DNA of 64,000 nucleotides from the NCBI GenBank assembly GCA_964016885.1, contig OZ024764.1, positions 27,094,001 to 27,158,000 of the forward strand, written 5' to 3'. This stretch comes from Eledone cirrhosa (lineage: Eukaryota). The translations under genes were made by a program, and so were the position numbers. A model generated the notes under the pieces. It worked only from the letters and a program-made list of their open reading frames with translations. It was not told where the DNA came from and ran no database searches. Within the stretch, counting starts at the first letter, position 1. Each line of letters begins with the position of its first letter. Of the stretch, positions 26,302-39,641 are shown one piece after another.

Positions 26302-28080
26302 AAATTAATCCTAGCAAACCCCCACCACTCCTACAACTGTTAGCTGTTAGACCACCCCCAGCACCACCCAACCTCCGTTCTAGTCCCACCGTTAGAACCA
26401 ATGCTGCTTACCCTGCCTCTTTTACTAGTTCACTCCTTCGCTCGAATTTCAAAGCTGGCCCTCTACACTTGGTCGTGCTCTCTGTGTCCGCACTAGCCGG
26501 TACCTAAACACAATAAAATGTCACCTGTGCTACCAAAACTACCACAGGAACTCTGTCGGCATCAGCAAGGCTCAAGCCGAAAGGCTTCAATACTAGACCT
26601 GTAATCAGGGCCACTTTACCTCCGACGACCAGCTTTCTACCGATTGTGTGTTGATGGAGGGGACATGAGACCAGCAAAGTCCTAGGAGTAGAGACTAGTA
26701 AATAATAAACGGTCCTAGCTATGTTAAGAAGACAAGAGAAATAAATATTTACCTCTTTCATGTAGGTAATATAGCGGTGTTATAAAAGTAATTATACGAC
26801 CGGTGTAACAGTCGGTATAAATGAAAGATGTAGAAATGAAAGTTGCAACAATGACATGAATAAATATACAGTAATTTAATATGAGCAAGAATAAATATTT
26901 AATGGAATTAATTAAGTGTAATTTAATAAGAAATAAGAAATAAGTAAAACAGTAAAAGAAACAATAACAAACAAAATGGAGTCACATAAAATTTGGTTTA
27001 TCTTTATAAAGCTTATTTTAAACGCGATTTTCCTTTTAAATCCGTAGCTCCGCTTACTAACCTTAGGGCTGTAACGTTACATGGTTCGAATCTTACACTC
27101 TTCTCTATAGTGCCACACGAGTTATCTCCTAGTCTTTTTATATAGTTTCACTGTTTAGTGAAAGAGGGCGCTACGAACAGTTACTTATGTAGATGGGTGG
27201 TTAGCGATTCGGCTTACAAACATTAGCATCATGACGTTACATGGGTTCGAACCCTTCCGGCGCCTCAATTTTTCAAATAGAGTTATCACCCATGGTTCTT
27301 TAGAGTTTCATTGCTTACTCGAAAGATGGCGCGGGGATCATCTTTTACGATGAGTAGTAAGAGACAATAATACATGGAAGGAGGAGAAATAGAGAGAGAT
27401 AGAAAGACGAATGTGTCACACACTCAATTCTCTCACCCTCTCTTTACTTTTATTACTCTATCTACCTCTACTTTCTCACCCTCTCTTTTTTTCTATTACA
27501 CTTTCTTCCTCGTATTTCTCACCCTCTCTTTATTTCTATTACTCTATCTACCTCATATTTCTCACCTTATCTTTACTTCTTTTATTCTTTCTTCTTTGTA
27601 TTTCTCACCCTCTATCTATCTCTTATTTCTCATCTCTCTTTACTTCTGACAGAGTGATAGATGTAAAGAGAAGGTGAGAAATAAGAGGTTGATAGATTTG
27701 GCTGTTATTTTTAACATTTTCTAATCATATGAGAGAGAGAGAGAGAGTATAAGATATATAGAGAGGGGGAAATCGCCGATGTTTACGTTGAGAAAACCTT
27801 ATAAAATGTTATAAATGGGTTTATAAAGAACAGAATGAGATAAACAAGACAAAGACAGATAAAATAAAATCAGCGATTTATTTATAATATTTTAATATAT
27901 TTTTCCTGGTCGTCTGCTTCCATTGATAGAGAGAGGAGTGGTGGGAGGTAGCCATAACAACCGTGGTAGCAACACTGTGGTTTTTAAAGAAGTGAATACA
28001 AGAAAAACTAAACAAGCAACAAATTTAATTTACTAAAATTAGTTTAAACATCTAAATCTTAAGAATATTAAATCTCTTAC

Positions 28081-28288
28081 CCCTTTAGCATTCACATTAC
28101 TCTATATATACTATTGTATTTTCACAGTAACGGCTTTATCTCACATAATATCGAATCTATGAGATTTCGATATTATTTATTTTCAGAACAATACTTTAAC
28201 ATCAGTATGAGTGGTTAATTAGGGCTGGTTTGAACAGAAAGAGGTGAGAGAATTCTGGCCGGTTACAGCTGGTTTTAATGCTAAGGGG
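28081..28288. mobile_element. piggyBac-like MITE, 208 bp
   Basis: TIRs CCCTTTAGCATT / AATGCTAAGGGG (11 of 12 complementary), flanked by TTAC (28077) and TTAA (28289). Confidence 0.75.
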
Positions 28289-28297
28289 TTAAGCCCT

Positions 28298-30479
28298 TCA
28301 AGATGTGTATGACGAGAAAGAAGCCGTTTTAGAATCGTATGACATAGATAATAACTGGAATTTCTTATGTGACAACTTACTGCAGGCTGCTGAAGACACT
28401 TGTGGCTGGAGCAGAGCTCCGACCAGACAGAGAGTGACCTGGTGGTGGGACAACACGGTAGATAAGGCCATTAGAGACAAAAGACTAGCATGGAACACTT
28501 GGATAAATGGTGGGAGTAGAGACCGATGCACAGCCGCTAAGAAAGAAGCTAGACGTCAGGTGTACTTAGCACGCAGGGAGGCTGAGAATAGGAGGGTTGC
28601 CAATGTTCTGTGACGGGAAGATCAAAGACGTGCGGTGTTCCGCATTGCAAGCCAGTGTGTCAGTGTAAATCGGGATGTTGTTGGAGATAAATGTGTCCGG
28701 AATGATGCTGGTGTACTCAGTGTCAATAATGATCAGAAAAAGGAGGCCTGGAAATGCCATTATGAGAGGCTGATGAATGTAGAGAATGAATGGGAGAGAG
28801 AGAAACTACCCACATTTGACCGAACAGAGGGACCAGCTATTGAGATTGTTGACTATAGGGTCAAAGAGGCAATTAAAGAAAGGAAAAATGGTAAGGCAGC
28901 TGGACCATCAGGGATAGTTGCTGAGATGCTGAAGGCATGAGGAGAAGTAGGTACTAAACTGGTTGCAAGCATAATCAATCAAGCTATATATGGCGGAGTC
29001 ATACCCAAAGACTGGTGCAGCAGTATTCTCATAAATTGCTACAAAGGTAAAGGGGATGCTCTGGAGAGGATCAATTATAGAGGCAGAAAACTGATGGATC
29101 AGGTTATGAAAGTGGCAGAAAGGATATTAGAGCAACTAATTAGAGAAAGAGTCAAACTAGATGAGATGCAGTTTGGTTTTGTGCCTGGGAAAAGTACAAC
29201 CGATGCCCTCTTCTTAGAGAAGAATAAGCCATTATACTTAGCTTTTGTTGACCTAGAGAAAGCCTTTGATAGTGTACCCCAGTCTGTCATCTGGTGATCC
29301 CTAAGGAAACTAGGTGTTGAGGAATGGCTTGTGAGGACAGTACAAGCTTTGTACAGAGGTACTGTCTGTAAAGTGAGGGTAGGAATGGAGTTTAGTGAGG
29401 AATTCCAGATACAAGGAGGAGTCCATCAGAGTTCGGTCCTCAGCCCGCTCTTCTTCATTATAGTCCTCCAAGCCATAACAGAGGAGTTTAAGACTAGCTG
29501 CCCATGGGAACTTCTCTATACTGACAATCTGGTTTTTATAGCAGAATCAGTAGAGGAGCTAGAGAATAAATTCTGGCTATGGAAACAGCAGTTGGAATTA
29601 AGAGGACTGAGAGTGAACCCAGCTAAAACAAAAGTGTTGATAAGTAGAAAAAAGGACAAAACTCTGATGGCCATGTTCGATATGCAGAAAAGGAACTGGC
29701 ATACATTCTATAAAATGTACACAATGCAGATCTTGGGTACACACGAGATGTAGTGGGATAGCAGGCAAACTAACAGGTAGGGAAAACTACGTATGCAGTA
29801 GATGTACAGGGAAATTTGACAGTAGAAGTTGCATTGATAGACACATTTTTCAAATGCAAGTTGGTTCTATAAAAGTGGTTGATAGCTTCAGTACCTAGGT
29901 GATCAGATTAGTATGGGAGGGGGGGGGGGGGTGTTCCGAGGCCATAGTATCTAGAATAAGGACGGGCTGGAAGAAGTTTAGGGAGCTGCCTCCTCTGGTG
30001 ACAAAGAGGGTTTCTCCCTGCATACAAAAGGTTGGTTGTTTGATGCCTGTGTGAGATGCACAATGTTGCATGGTAGTGAGACATGGGCAGCAACTGCAGA
30101 GGATATGCGAAGGCTGAAGAGAAATGAAGCAAGCATGCTCCATTGGATGTGCAATGTCAATGTGCGTGAAAGACCAAGCATGGACGAGTTGAGAGTGAAA
30201 CTCTATAAGAAGGATAAACTGCAGTGTGCGGGAAAAAAGACTGCGTTGGTATGGCCATGCGATTCGTATGTAGGATTACCGCAGGGTGAAGAAGTTCCAA
30301 GTAATCCCAGTGGGAGGAATATGCAGTAGAGGAAGACCAAGGAAGATATGGGCAGAGGTAGTGAGAGCTGACCTCAGATCGTTGAAGCTCAGAGGAGATG
30401 ATGAAGGAGAGATGCTGCGCTGAAGAGGATCTGTCCCACCCTTATAAGCAGGGAAAAGTGGATGTATAATGATGATGAT
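28298..30479 (+). mobile_element. 5'-truncated, degenerate RTE-clade LINE (reverse transcriptase pseudogene)
   Basis: TWWWD; GKAAGPSGIVAEMLKA; MQFGFVPGKSTTDA; AFVDLEKAFD; GVHQSSVLSPLFF; LLYTDNLV (decayed YADD); MLHGSETW. Multiple stops and frameshifts; (TGA)n tail at ~30470-30479. Confidence 0.92.
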
Positions 30480-30561
30480 ATATATATATGTCCCACCCTT
30501 GCAAACAGGGAAAAGCAGACGTAAAATGAAAATGATGATATATATATAGATAGATAGATAG

Positions 30562-30606
<45 letters not shown>

Positions 30607-31739
30607 CTTATACGTCATGGTGGCTACAGGTGCCAAGAGGAAGAAGCCGGACAATCCTCTGATATTTGTTTATCTTCCTTTCCTTCGTGGGCCGCGGTAC
30701 CCGGGTTTGTGGCCGAAGCGACCAAGTTGAAATCGGCCACCGGTGGTTGATATCACCAGGTTAGGAAACCCTGGTTTAGTCGCTCCAGTTATTACTTCGT
30801 TAGACATAGTAATTGAAATTAAAGCCTAAAGGTGTACTAAAGCCACAAACGTTTTTCTATCTATGAATTATTAGTGGTGTAAACAGATGAATTAAAGTCA
30901 AAGCTAACAAATATATCACCAAGAAGAATATCTAAGGATTTCCAAAGTGTAAAGTCAGCTCAAGCCTGGAGACTTATCAAGCAGGTGCCTGTCCCAGTTC
31001 CTCTAGCGTAAAGGGACTGAGAGTACATGACTTCCCCCTGGACATGATGTCAGTCCATCGCAGGGTTAACCCCCCACCTATGTGAAATTAAGTTTTTGCT
31101 CAAGTAAAACAACTAACAACACGGTCCAGGAATCGAATACACATATGATCGTAAGACCACGGGCCTCCACTATCGAAGGATCTACCCTTCATTAAAGAAT
31201 AAATTAGACTTATGCTTACATCGCCGACATAATTATGGTCGGAAAGGACATTACTGAAAATAAGGAATGAACAACTAAAGGAAGACAGAAACGGTCCCTC
31301 CTATCTGAAATATTAAGGAAGGAATCTACACAGGAGGGCCCATCTTCCTACCAAAAGAATTATTTTAACAAGCCTACATCCTACTGAGCCAAAGAAAGGG
31401 GCCTCATAACTAGAACATGCTTCATTTGTCCTAAATACGGAGCTGACTTTACATATAATTATATATATGTATATATATATAGTATGTGTGTGTGTGTATG
31501 AAGATGTATGACCCCTAGCAAGCCAAACTACAGTTACTCCCCAACATGGATAGCAAATTAAAACATTACCTGTTAGAGACAAACGTGAAATGATTTGTTA
31601 GTGAACTACCGGTGTAACAGTAATTATGTTACCGGTGTAACTATTTCTGTTTACCTTATTTTTAAATCACACTCCTATATTAGTTTAGTGACCTTTCAAT
31701 TCAAATAAATTCTTGATGATGATTGAACTCGCATCGGAG

Positions 31740-32140
31740 TAGCCCAACGCCTTGGCCTCCGCGTGTGTGAGCCACATAAATGCTCTCAACGACATAGTGA
31801 GAAGAAGCCTGGACGCAGCTGAATTTCCATCTCAACTGGAGCCAGCAGGCCTAGGCCGCGGAGATGGCAAGCACCCCGAGGGAATCACCCTCTTCCCATT
31901 CGAAGGAGGTAGATCCACAAACCCCAGCATCGCTGCCCGTCTCGCAGATGAACATAAAATAAACAAATTCCGGTGTTTGTCTTGGAGCCTCTTCTAAGCA
32001 CCAGCCGCCGTCGAGACCCCGGGCCAACTTGGACCCATTACAGCCGTGCTCCTCCGCAACATCGCAGTGTCTGTGGCCCGTCTGAGGATGGAGTCCCACG
32101 AGGTTGGATGCCTGTTGCAGCAGGTGTCACTGTCCTTACA
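31740..32140 (+). mobile_element. CRE-type retrotransposon endonuclease fragment, subfamily 2 (copies 38634-39035, 53741-54142)
   Basis: H..LNDIVRRSLDAAEFPSQLEPAGLGRGDGKHPEGITLFPF resembles the LEPxGLxRxDGKRPDG motif. It continues in another frame as PAAVETPGQLGP...ESHEVGCLLQQVSLSL. Confidence 0.75.
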
Positions 32141-32253
32141 TATATATACGTAAATGTTCCCTTGACTGCTATTTCTAGCATATATTAATAGACACTTTAG
32201 AAACAGCAGCTAAAAATCAAGAAACAACAGTGTGTGTCTGTATATATATACAC

Positions 32254-32314
<61 letters not shown>

Positions 32315-32397
32315 AGCCAAAGACACGCACACACGCACATACACATACACACAGGTGTATGTCTGCGTGTATGTATATATATGTGTGTGTCTTTTCG

Positions 32398-32441
<44 letters not shown>

Positions 32442-32569
32442 CAGTGATCCCCCTCGCAACCTTTAATTAAACAAACCTGCGATGAGGCGATGATCAAAAT
32501 AAACACCAAAGTGTAAACAAACAGCCCATAGGTGCTGCCGGATACACGATAACATGTGTAGACGAAGTA

Positions 32570-33061
32570 AAACTTTTATTACTGTAATATAAAGTAGAAA
32601 CCCTTTATTTAAACAAAGCTGCGTGGCAGCGATGATCAAAACAAACTTCAAAGTGTAAACAAACCTCTCGTAGGTGCGGCCAGATACACGCTAACATGTG
32701 TATACGAAGTGTAACAGGGAGTTGGGTCGTATTATATGACTTTCAAATTGACCCCTATTATATTCAAATTATCCCCTGTGGGGCGTGCACCCCACGTTGA
32801 GAATCCCTCATAAATAAATATATGTGAGTGTGTTGCTATGACTGCTATTTCTAGCAGGTTTACTGCAGTCCTGTAGACGCACAACAAAAACCGGAAGTGG
32901 CAGCCATTAAAAAACTTTGGCTTAAAATCAGGCAAAAGTTTTTTAACAATTTGCCAAGAAAGATAACTCTTGTCTGACTTAATCGCAAAAATCGAGGCAA
33001 AAATTTTGCGGCTGTGCAGTTTGTTTGGTGTATTTGACTGCTATTTCTAGCATGTATGGAC
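32570..33061. repeat. Solitary arm of the long inverted-repeat element
   Basis: Near-identical to 54683-55020 and reverse-complementary to 55295-55780; no partner arm nearby. Confidence 0.85.
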
Positions 33062-33156
33062 GTATGTACGGTATAGGTGTATTTATATTTAGGATAGTTA
33101 TCAAAGGTAAATAGACTGGTTGGAGTAATAACAGTCTTGTTTATGTATATACACAC

Positions 33157-33188
<32 letters not shown>

Positions 33189-33292
33189 GTTTGTTCTTGT
33201 ATTTCTATAGAAAAGGTAAAGAAAAGAAGAATGCTCTATGTATTGTACAGAGCTATTTAATTACATAATAAACAACAGAATATAATTATTCC

Positions 33293-35647
33293 ATGCAAAT
33301 AGACTTAGAATGGAAAACATTCAGACAGAGAAGAATGGATAATGAGCGTCATAAGAGAAATTGGCCAACAATTAATATTAATGGAAATCTAGAAGAATTT
33401 CATATTAGTGATATGAATGTTTCGTGTGATCACTGTGAAGCTTTGAAATTTAGAAATGAAAATTGTAACTGTTGTAATAAAGGAAAGGTTGTGTTGCCTC
33501 CATTGCAAATATACCCCGAGAGACTGAGAAATCTCTTTGAAAGAGGCCAGGAAGCAGTTGATTTCACAGAAACATCTGCAATTAAAACTACATTTATTTC
33601 ACTTCATTTGGTGTTACCACCCGGCAGAGGCCCGTATAGCTTTCATATTCAGGGTCAAACATATCACTACACCCCCACCTCTGTAACCTGCAGAAAATAC
33701 ACCACAATATGGCCAGTTATATATTATTGATGGGAACGAAGGTGTGTAGCACAGATTGGAAGTACAACCAAATAATTGTTTCTGGCACAAGGCCAGCAAT
33801 TACTGGTACTTTATTCTATCGACCTAATAAGGATGAAAACAAAGTCAACCTTGGAGGGATTTGAACCCAGAACGTAAAGGGCCATAACCCTATGCTGCAA
33901 AGCATGGTGTCTGATGCTCTACCGATACTGCCAATCCACCGCCCTAGTACCAACAAATAATGACTGCTCACCACAAAAAATGGCTATGATAAGAGAGGTG
34001 TTGCATGAATGTTATCCATATGTCGAAGTGTACAATACAATGCATGGCATCAAACAGCAAAGTGCAAGAAGAGAAAATTGTCGTGTACAGAACTGTGAAT
34101 TAAGATTTAGAAGAGGATCAGATATGAGCTGCTATAATTTACCAACTAGTAATGATAGCTGTTGTTTTGTGGGGTTTGAGGGCAGACCACCTGTACAAAG
34201 AGATATTATCATCTTTCCTAAAGACCATCCTCCTCAGAAAATATCACATAATTCATGCCACTTGGACCTCATGACTGACCCATAATGGTGAATTTTGGTG
34301 GCATAGTGACATGGAGAGGAATGCAGGACCTGTGTTTGCAATAGACTGACAATGCAGGAGTATTACATATACAGTATAGCATATAGAGGAGGATTTAGTG
34401 TGATATATAGGGCAGGTAAATTATTTTAGCAGTATTTAGTGGATGCCTATATGAAAGTAGAGGGATGCAGGCTTCTATATTTGAGGAACAATCAAGCCCA
34501 ATTGTGAGTGGATGAGTATAATGGTTTAATGAATTATCTAAACAGATGATAACACTGAGCCTTAAAAAATGAAGACAAGATAAGAAACAGAGAAGACATT
34601 GACAGAATCGTGTCAGCAGAAATACCTGCATTGGAAGATGATCCAGTACTACATGAGCAGGTTTAAAAGTTTATGATCCACAGGCCATGTGGTTCTGGAA
34701 ACCCTTTTCCCCCATTTATACAAAATGGATTTTTCCAAAAGAACTATCCAAAAACCTACAGAAGGGAAACATTATTGAACCTAAATGGATACCCAGAGTA
34801 CAGGAGGTGCAAGACAGGAACTGCAGTGTAAATTGGATGACATTCAGTAGATAACAGGAATGTTGTGCCATTTAATGCCTTTTTGATTAAGAAATATTGT
34901 GCACATATTAATGTTGAAGTTTGCGCTTCTGTAAAAAGTGTCAAGTACCTCTTTAAATATGTTACATGGGGCATGATTGTACATCTATAGAAGTAACGAA
35001 TAATGCATTACCTAATGAGGCTCAGAACCAACACAACCATGATGAAATAAGAACCTATCTTTGTTGCAGGTATGTGTCTCAGCCAGAAGCAGTGTCGTGT
35101 CTCTCGGAATTTAAGCTTCATGGTACATCACATACAGTATACAGCCTAGTCACACACCTGGAGAACAAACAGAGTTTACTTTCAAAGAGGCAATGCTCAG
35201 GTTGTGGTAGAAATGCAGGGACCCTTGCTGCCTGGTTCAAGCTAAAAGAACTTGCTTACACCTTCTGGGATGCCGCCTCACAAACTCCAATTATAAGCAG
35301 GATCAATAATAATGCTTCTATGGAATATTTCAATCCAGAACAGATTATGTAATGGCACAAGATTAGAAGTAGTAGAACTGCATAAACATTTTATCAAAGC
35401 TTCTCATATCTATGGTCCTTTGATGGGCAGGTGTGTTTTGATCCCAAGACTGAAGTTATCCCCCAGCGGTGCCAACATCCCTTTTACTTTGGAAAGACCC
35501 CAGTTTCCATTAAGACTGTCATATGCCATGACAATCAACAAGAACCATGGTCAAATACATGATAAAGTGGGTCTGTTCCTCCCTGAGCAAGTATTTAACC
35601 CTGGACAATTGTATGTTGCTTTTTCAAGAGTTCACAGACAGATGTAA
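33293..35647 (+). pseudogene. Helitron Rep/helicase relic, copy 2 (most complete)
   Basis: Same motifs as copy 1 at offset ~9288, plus TLAAWFKL and LLWNISIQNRLCNGTRLEV..VLIPRLKL. Carries the same SINE insertion and most of the same frameshifts. Confidence 0.92.
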
Positions 35648-36196
35648 AAATTAATCCTAGCAAACCCCCACCACTCCTACAACTGTTAGCTGTTAGCCCA
35701 CCCCAGCACCACCCAACCTCCGTTCTAGTCCCACCGTTAGAACCAATGCTGCTTACCCTGCCTCTTTTACTAGTTCACTCCGTCGCTCGAATTTCAAAGC
35801 TGGCCCTCTACACTTGGTCGTGCTCTCTGTGTCCGCACTAGCCGGTACCTAAACACAATAAAATGTCACCTGTGCTACCAAAACTACCACAGGAACTCTG
35901 TCGGCATCAGCAAGGCTCAAGCCGAAAGGCTTCAATACTAGACCTGTAATCAGGGCCACTTTACCTCCGACGACCAGCTTTCTACCGAGTGTGTGTTGAT
36001 GGAGGGGACATGAGACCAGCAAAGTCCTAGGAGTAGAGACTAGTAAATAATAAACGGTCCTAGCTATGTTAAGAATATATATAAGAAAAATGTTCTATAC
36101 ATTTAAGAAGACAAGAGAAATAAATATTTACCTCTTTCATGTAGGTAATATAGCGGTGTTATAAAAGTATAATAACTGATGCAGGTAGTTTGTTTC

Positions 36197-36674
36197 AAAC
36201 TATAACACATATAACTCTATCAGTGAAGCCCTTTAGTATAGGTCAACTAGGAAACTATAACACATATAACCCTATCAGTGAAGTCCTTTAGTATAGGTCA
36301 ACTGGGAAACGATAACACATATAACCCTATCAGTGAAGTCCTTTAGTATAGGTCAACTGGGAAACTATAACACATATAACCCTATCAGTGAAGTCCTTTA
36401 GTATAGGTCAACTGGGAAACTATAACACATATAACCCTATCAGTGAAGCCCTCTGGGAAACTATAACACATATAACTCTATCAGTGAAGCCCTTTAGTAT
36501 AGGTCAACTGGGAAACTATAACACATATAACCCTATCAGTGAAGTCCTTTAGTATAGGTCAACTGGGAAACTATAACACATATAACCCTATCAGTGAAGT
36601 CCTTTAGTATAGGTCAACTGGGAAATTATAACACATATAACCCTATCAGTGAAGTCCTTTAGTATAGGTCAACT
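36197..36674 (+). repeat. 55-bp minisatellite, 9 units (one 41-bp deletion unit)
   Basis: AAACTATAACACATATAACCCTATCAGTGAAGTCCTTTAGTATAGGTCAACTGGG starts at 36197, 36252, 36307, 36362, 36417, 36458, 36513, 36568 and 36623. Confidence 0.95.
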
Positions 36675-36689
36675 AACAGAAGTATTAAG

Positions 36690-36741
36690 GTGGGCTCGAT
36701 TGTGGCCCGCGGGCCGCCTGTTGCACGCCCCTCCTTTAGAC
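36690..36741 (+). mobile_element. hAT-like MITE 3' end remnant (longer version at ~51800-51870)
   Basis: GGCCCGCGGGCCGCCTGTTGCACGCCCCTC followed by CTTTAGAC resembles hAT-Charlie subterminal and TIR sequence plus an 8-bp target. Confidence 0.5.
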
Positions 36742-36765
36742 AGAATATCTATCACAGTTAAGTAA

Positions 36766-36975
36766 TACTGTGATCTGTCGGCCAACTACATTTTCCAGCC
36801 TGAGGCGTTTGGGGGAGTCGGGATACTGACTGCGAGATTCCTATCTTCACTGGCGGCTAGCCTGACGAAGGTGACTGGTGAAGCTCGTGAGGGCACTTGG
36901 TTGTTCCAGCTCCTCAGCCTCGCCATCGCCCGAGGTAACGCTGCAGACGTGCTGGCTTGCCTAAAAAATCATTAG
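36766..36975 (+). mobile_element. CRE-type retrotransposon 3' fragment, subfamily 3 (copy 51895-52104)
   Basis: The open frame reads YIFQP(E/V)AFGGVGILTARFLSSLAASLTKVTGEAREGTWLFQLLSLAIARGNAADVLACLKNH*. Confidence 0.75.
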
Positions 36976-37056
36976 AGAGGTTTCCCAGTGCTCCTCGCGA
37001 TACTGTTATCTTTTGCTCTAGTAGCAGCTCGTTTGTCCACCCCTTTCGCCTGCCTT

Positions 37057-37245
37057 TGGTTGTATGTCGTCCTAGATGTGTGTATTACCTGCTTGTGTGT
37101 TGTATGTGGTCCTAGATGTGTGTATTACCTGCTTATGTGGTCCTAGATGTATGTATTACCTGCTGGTGTGTTGTATGTGGTCCCAGATGTGTGCATTACC
37201 TGTTTTTGTGTTGTATGTGGTCCCAAATGTGTGTGCTACCCGCTT
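37057..37245 (+). repeat. ~40-bp degenerate minisatellite, 4-5 units (copy ~52187-52372)
   Basis: GTTGTATGTGGTCCTAGATGTGTGTATTACCTGCTTGTGT repeated with variants. Confidence 0.85.
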
Positions 37246-39172
37246 CTGTGATTTGTTTTGTTCCTTCTTTCTCTCTTCCGAGAAACAATCCTGTATTTTT
37301 TTAATCTATTCCATGCGTTAAGTAATTAGCAGCAACAACAAACTGATTTTCAGTTGTAAAAAGAATCTTTAAACCTTCACCATTTACATTAACACATACC
37401 ATACGTTGTCCCAGCCACAAATAAACAGTAAAAAAAACTTACTTTGCGGTTAAATTCTTCACAATTAAAAGAAAAATATTTCTAACACGTTTCTAGACAA
37501 CACCAAGTTTACACCTTCAATATCCGGTAAAAGTAAAAACAAATTCTGGAGACATTTAACGAAACGAAACTATGTAAAGAAAAACGAAAATTAAACGAAG
37601 ACAAATAGTAAATTTTAATTTTTATTAAATAAAATACCAGTAATTCACTGCAGTAGATTTAATCAACTTTACTCTCTCTGCACGAAAGAAGAAAAAAATT
37701 CCTGACTTAGTGCTTAATATATAGAGAGGGGGAGAGTTTGGTGTTACTTCATATAGAGAGGGGTATTGGAAGAGAGTGCCGTGTAGTAGATATAGAGAGG
37801 GAGAGAGTGTGTGCTAATTGATATAAAGAGGGGGATTTGCACCCCCCCCCCGCCGCCTAGAAAAATTCTGAAATGCTTCGACCTCCCTGTACATATATAT
37901 ATATATATAGTATACACACACAGACATATATATGTATATATTATATATATAGTAAATAAATGTGTGTGTGTATCAGTGGTCGCCAAACTTTTCTGTTCCA
38001 CACCCCTCCTCTAAAATATGTTTATGTTCCCCTTTAATATAAAAACAATCCGAGTATTCTGAAAGTATTATTACTGTAATATAAAGTAGAAACCCTTTAT
38101 TTAAACAAAGCTACGATGCAGCGATGATCAAAACAAACTTCTCGTAGGTGCTGCCAAGCGGGGAAAAGTGGATGTATAATGATGATGATATATATATATA
38201 TGCCCCACCCTTGCAAACAGGGAAAAGCAGACGTAAAATGAAAATGATGATATATATATAGATAGATAGATATGTATTTATACTTATACGTCATGGTGGC
38301 TACAGGTGCCAAGAGGAAGAAGCCGGTCAAATCCTCTGATATTTGTTTATCTTCCTTTCCTTTGTATATATATATATATAGTATGTGTGTATGAAGATGT
38401 ATGACCCCCTAGCAAGCCAAACTACAGTTACTCCCCAACATGGAGAGCAAATTAAAACATTACCTGTTAGAGAGGAACGTGAAATGAATTGTTAGTGAAC
38501 TACCGGTGTAACAGTAATTATGTTACCGGTGTAACTATTTCTGTTTACCTTATTTTTAAATGACACTCCTATATTAGTTTAGTGACCTTTCAATTCAAAT
38601 AAATTCTTGATGATGATTGAACTCGCATCGGAGTAGCCCAACGCCTTGGCCTCCGCGTGTGTGAGCCACATAAATGCTCTCAACGACATAGTGAGAAGAA
38701 GCCTGGACGCAGCTGAATTTCCATCTCAACTGGAGCCAGCAGGCCTAGGCCGCGGAGATGGCAAGCACCGCGAGGGAATCACCCTCTTCCCATTCGAAGG
38801 AGGTAGATCCACAAACCCCAGCATCGCTGCCCGTCTCGCAGATGAACATAAAATAAACAAATTCCGGTGTTTGTCCTGGAGCCTCTTCTAAGCACCAGCC
38901 GCCGTCGAGACCCCGGGCCAACTTGGACCCATTACAGCCGAGCTCCTCCGCAACATCGCAGTGTCTGTGGCCCGTCTGAGGATGGAGTCCCACGAGGTTG
39001 GATGCCTGTTGCAGCAGGTGTCACTGTCCTTACATATATATACGTAAATGTTCCCTTGACTGCTATTTCTAGCATATATTAATAGACACTTTAGAAACAG
39101 CAGCTAAAAATCAAGAAACAACAGTGTGTGTCTGTATATATATACACAGAGAGAAAGAGAGAGAGAGAGAGA

Positions 39173-39242
<70 letters not shown>

Positions 39243-39321
39243 AGCCAAAGACACGCACACACGAACATACACATACACACAGGTGTATGTCTGCGTGTAT
39301 GTATATATATGTGTGTGTCTT

Positions 39322-39391
<70 letters not shown>

Positions 39392-39641
39392 TTATGTCAG
39401 TGATCCCCCTCGCAACCTTTAATTAAACAAACCTGCGATGAGGCGATGATCAAAATAAACACCAAAGTATAAACAAACAGCCCATAGGTGCTGCCGGATA
39501 CACGATAACATGTGTAGACGAAGTAAAACTTTTATTACTGTAATATAAAGTAGAAACCCTATATTTAAACAAAGCTGCGATGCAGCGATGATCAAAACAA
39601 ACTTCAAATAACATGTGTATACGAAGTGTATCTGGAAGCTT

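Noticed and set aside
26315-26705. GC-richer segment ending ACTAGT as a Helitron 3' terminus
   Set aside because: No clear subterminal hairpin upstream of the CTAG, and homology between copies continues past it.
27070-27335. GGTTCGAATC / GGTTCGAACC B-box-like motifs as tRNA genes
   Set aside because: They lie in two degenerate ~160-bp tandem copies with no cloverleaf or properly spaced A box.
33293-35647. Functional Helitron transposase or host PIF1 gene
   Set aside because: Many stops and frameshifts, a SINE insertion, no recognisable HUH motif or helicase motifs I-III, and no convincing splice pattern or termini.
36213-36660. CCCTATCAGTGA / ACTCTATCA resemble tet operator half-sites (possible vector contamination)
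   Set aside because: The second half of the operator palindrome (TAGAGA) is absent, there is no vector sequence, and the repeat is embedded in duplicated genomic flanks.
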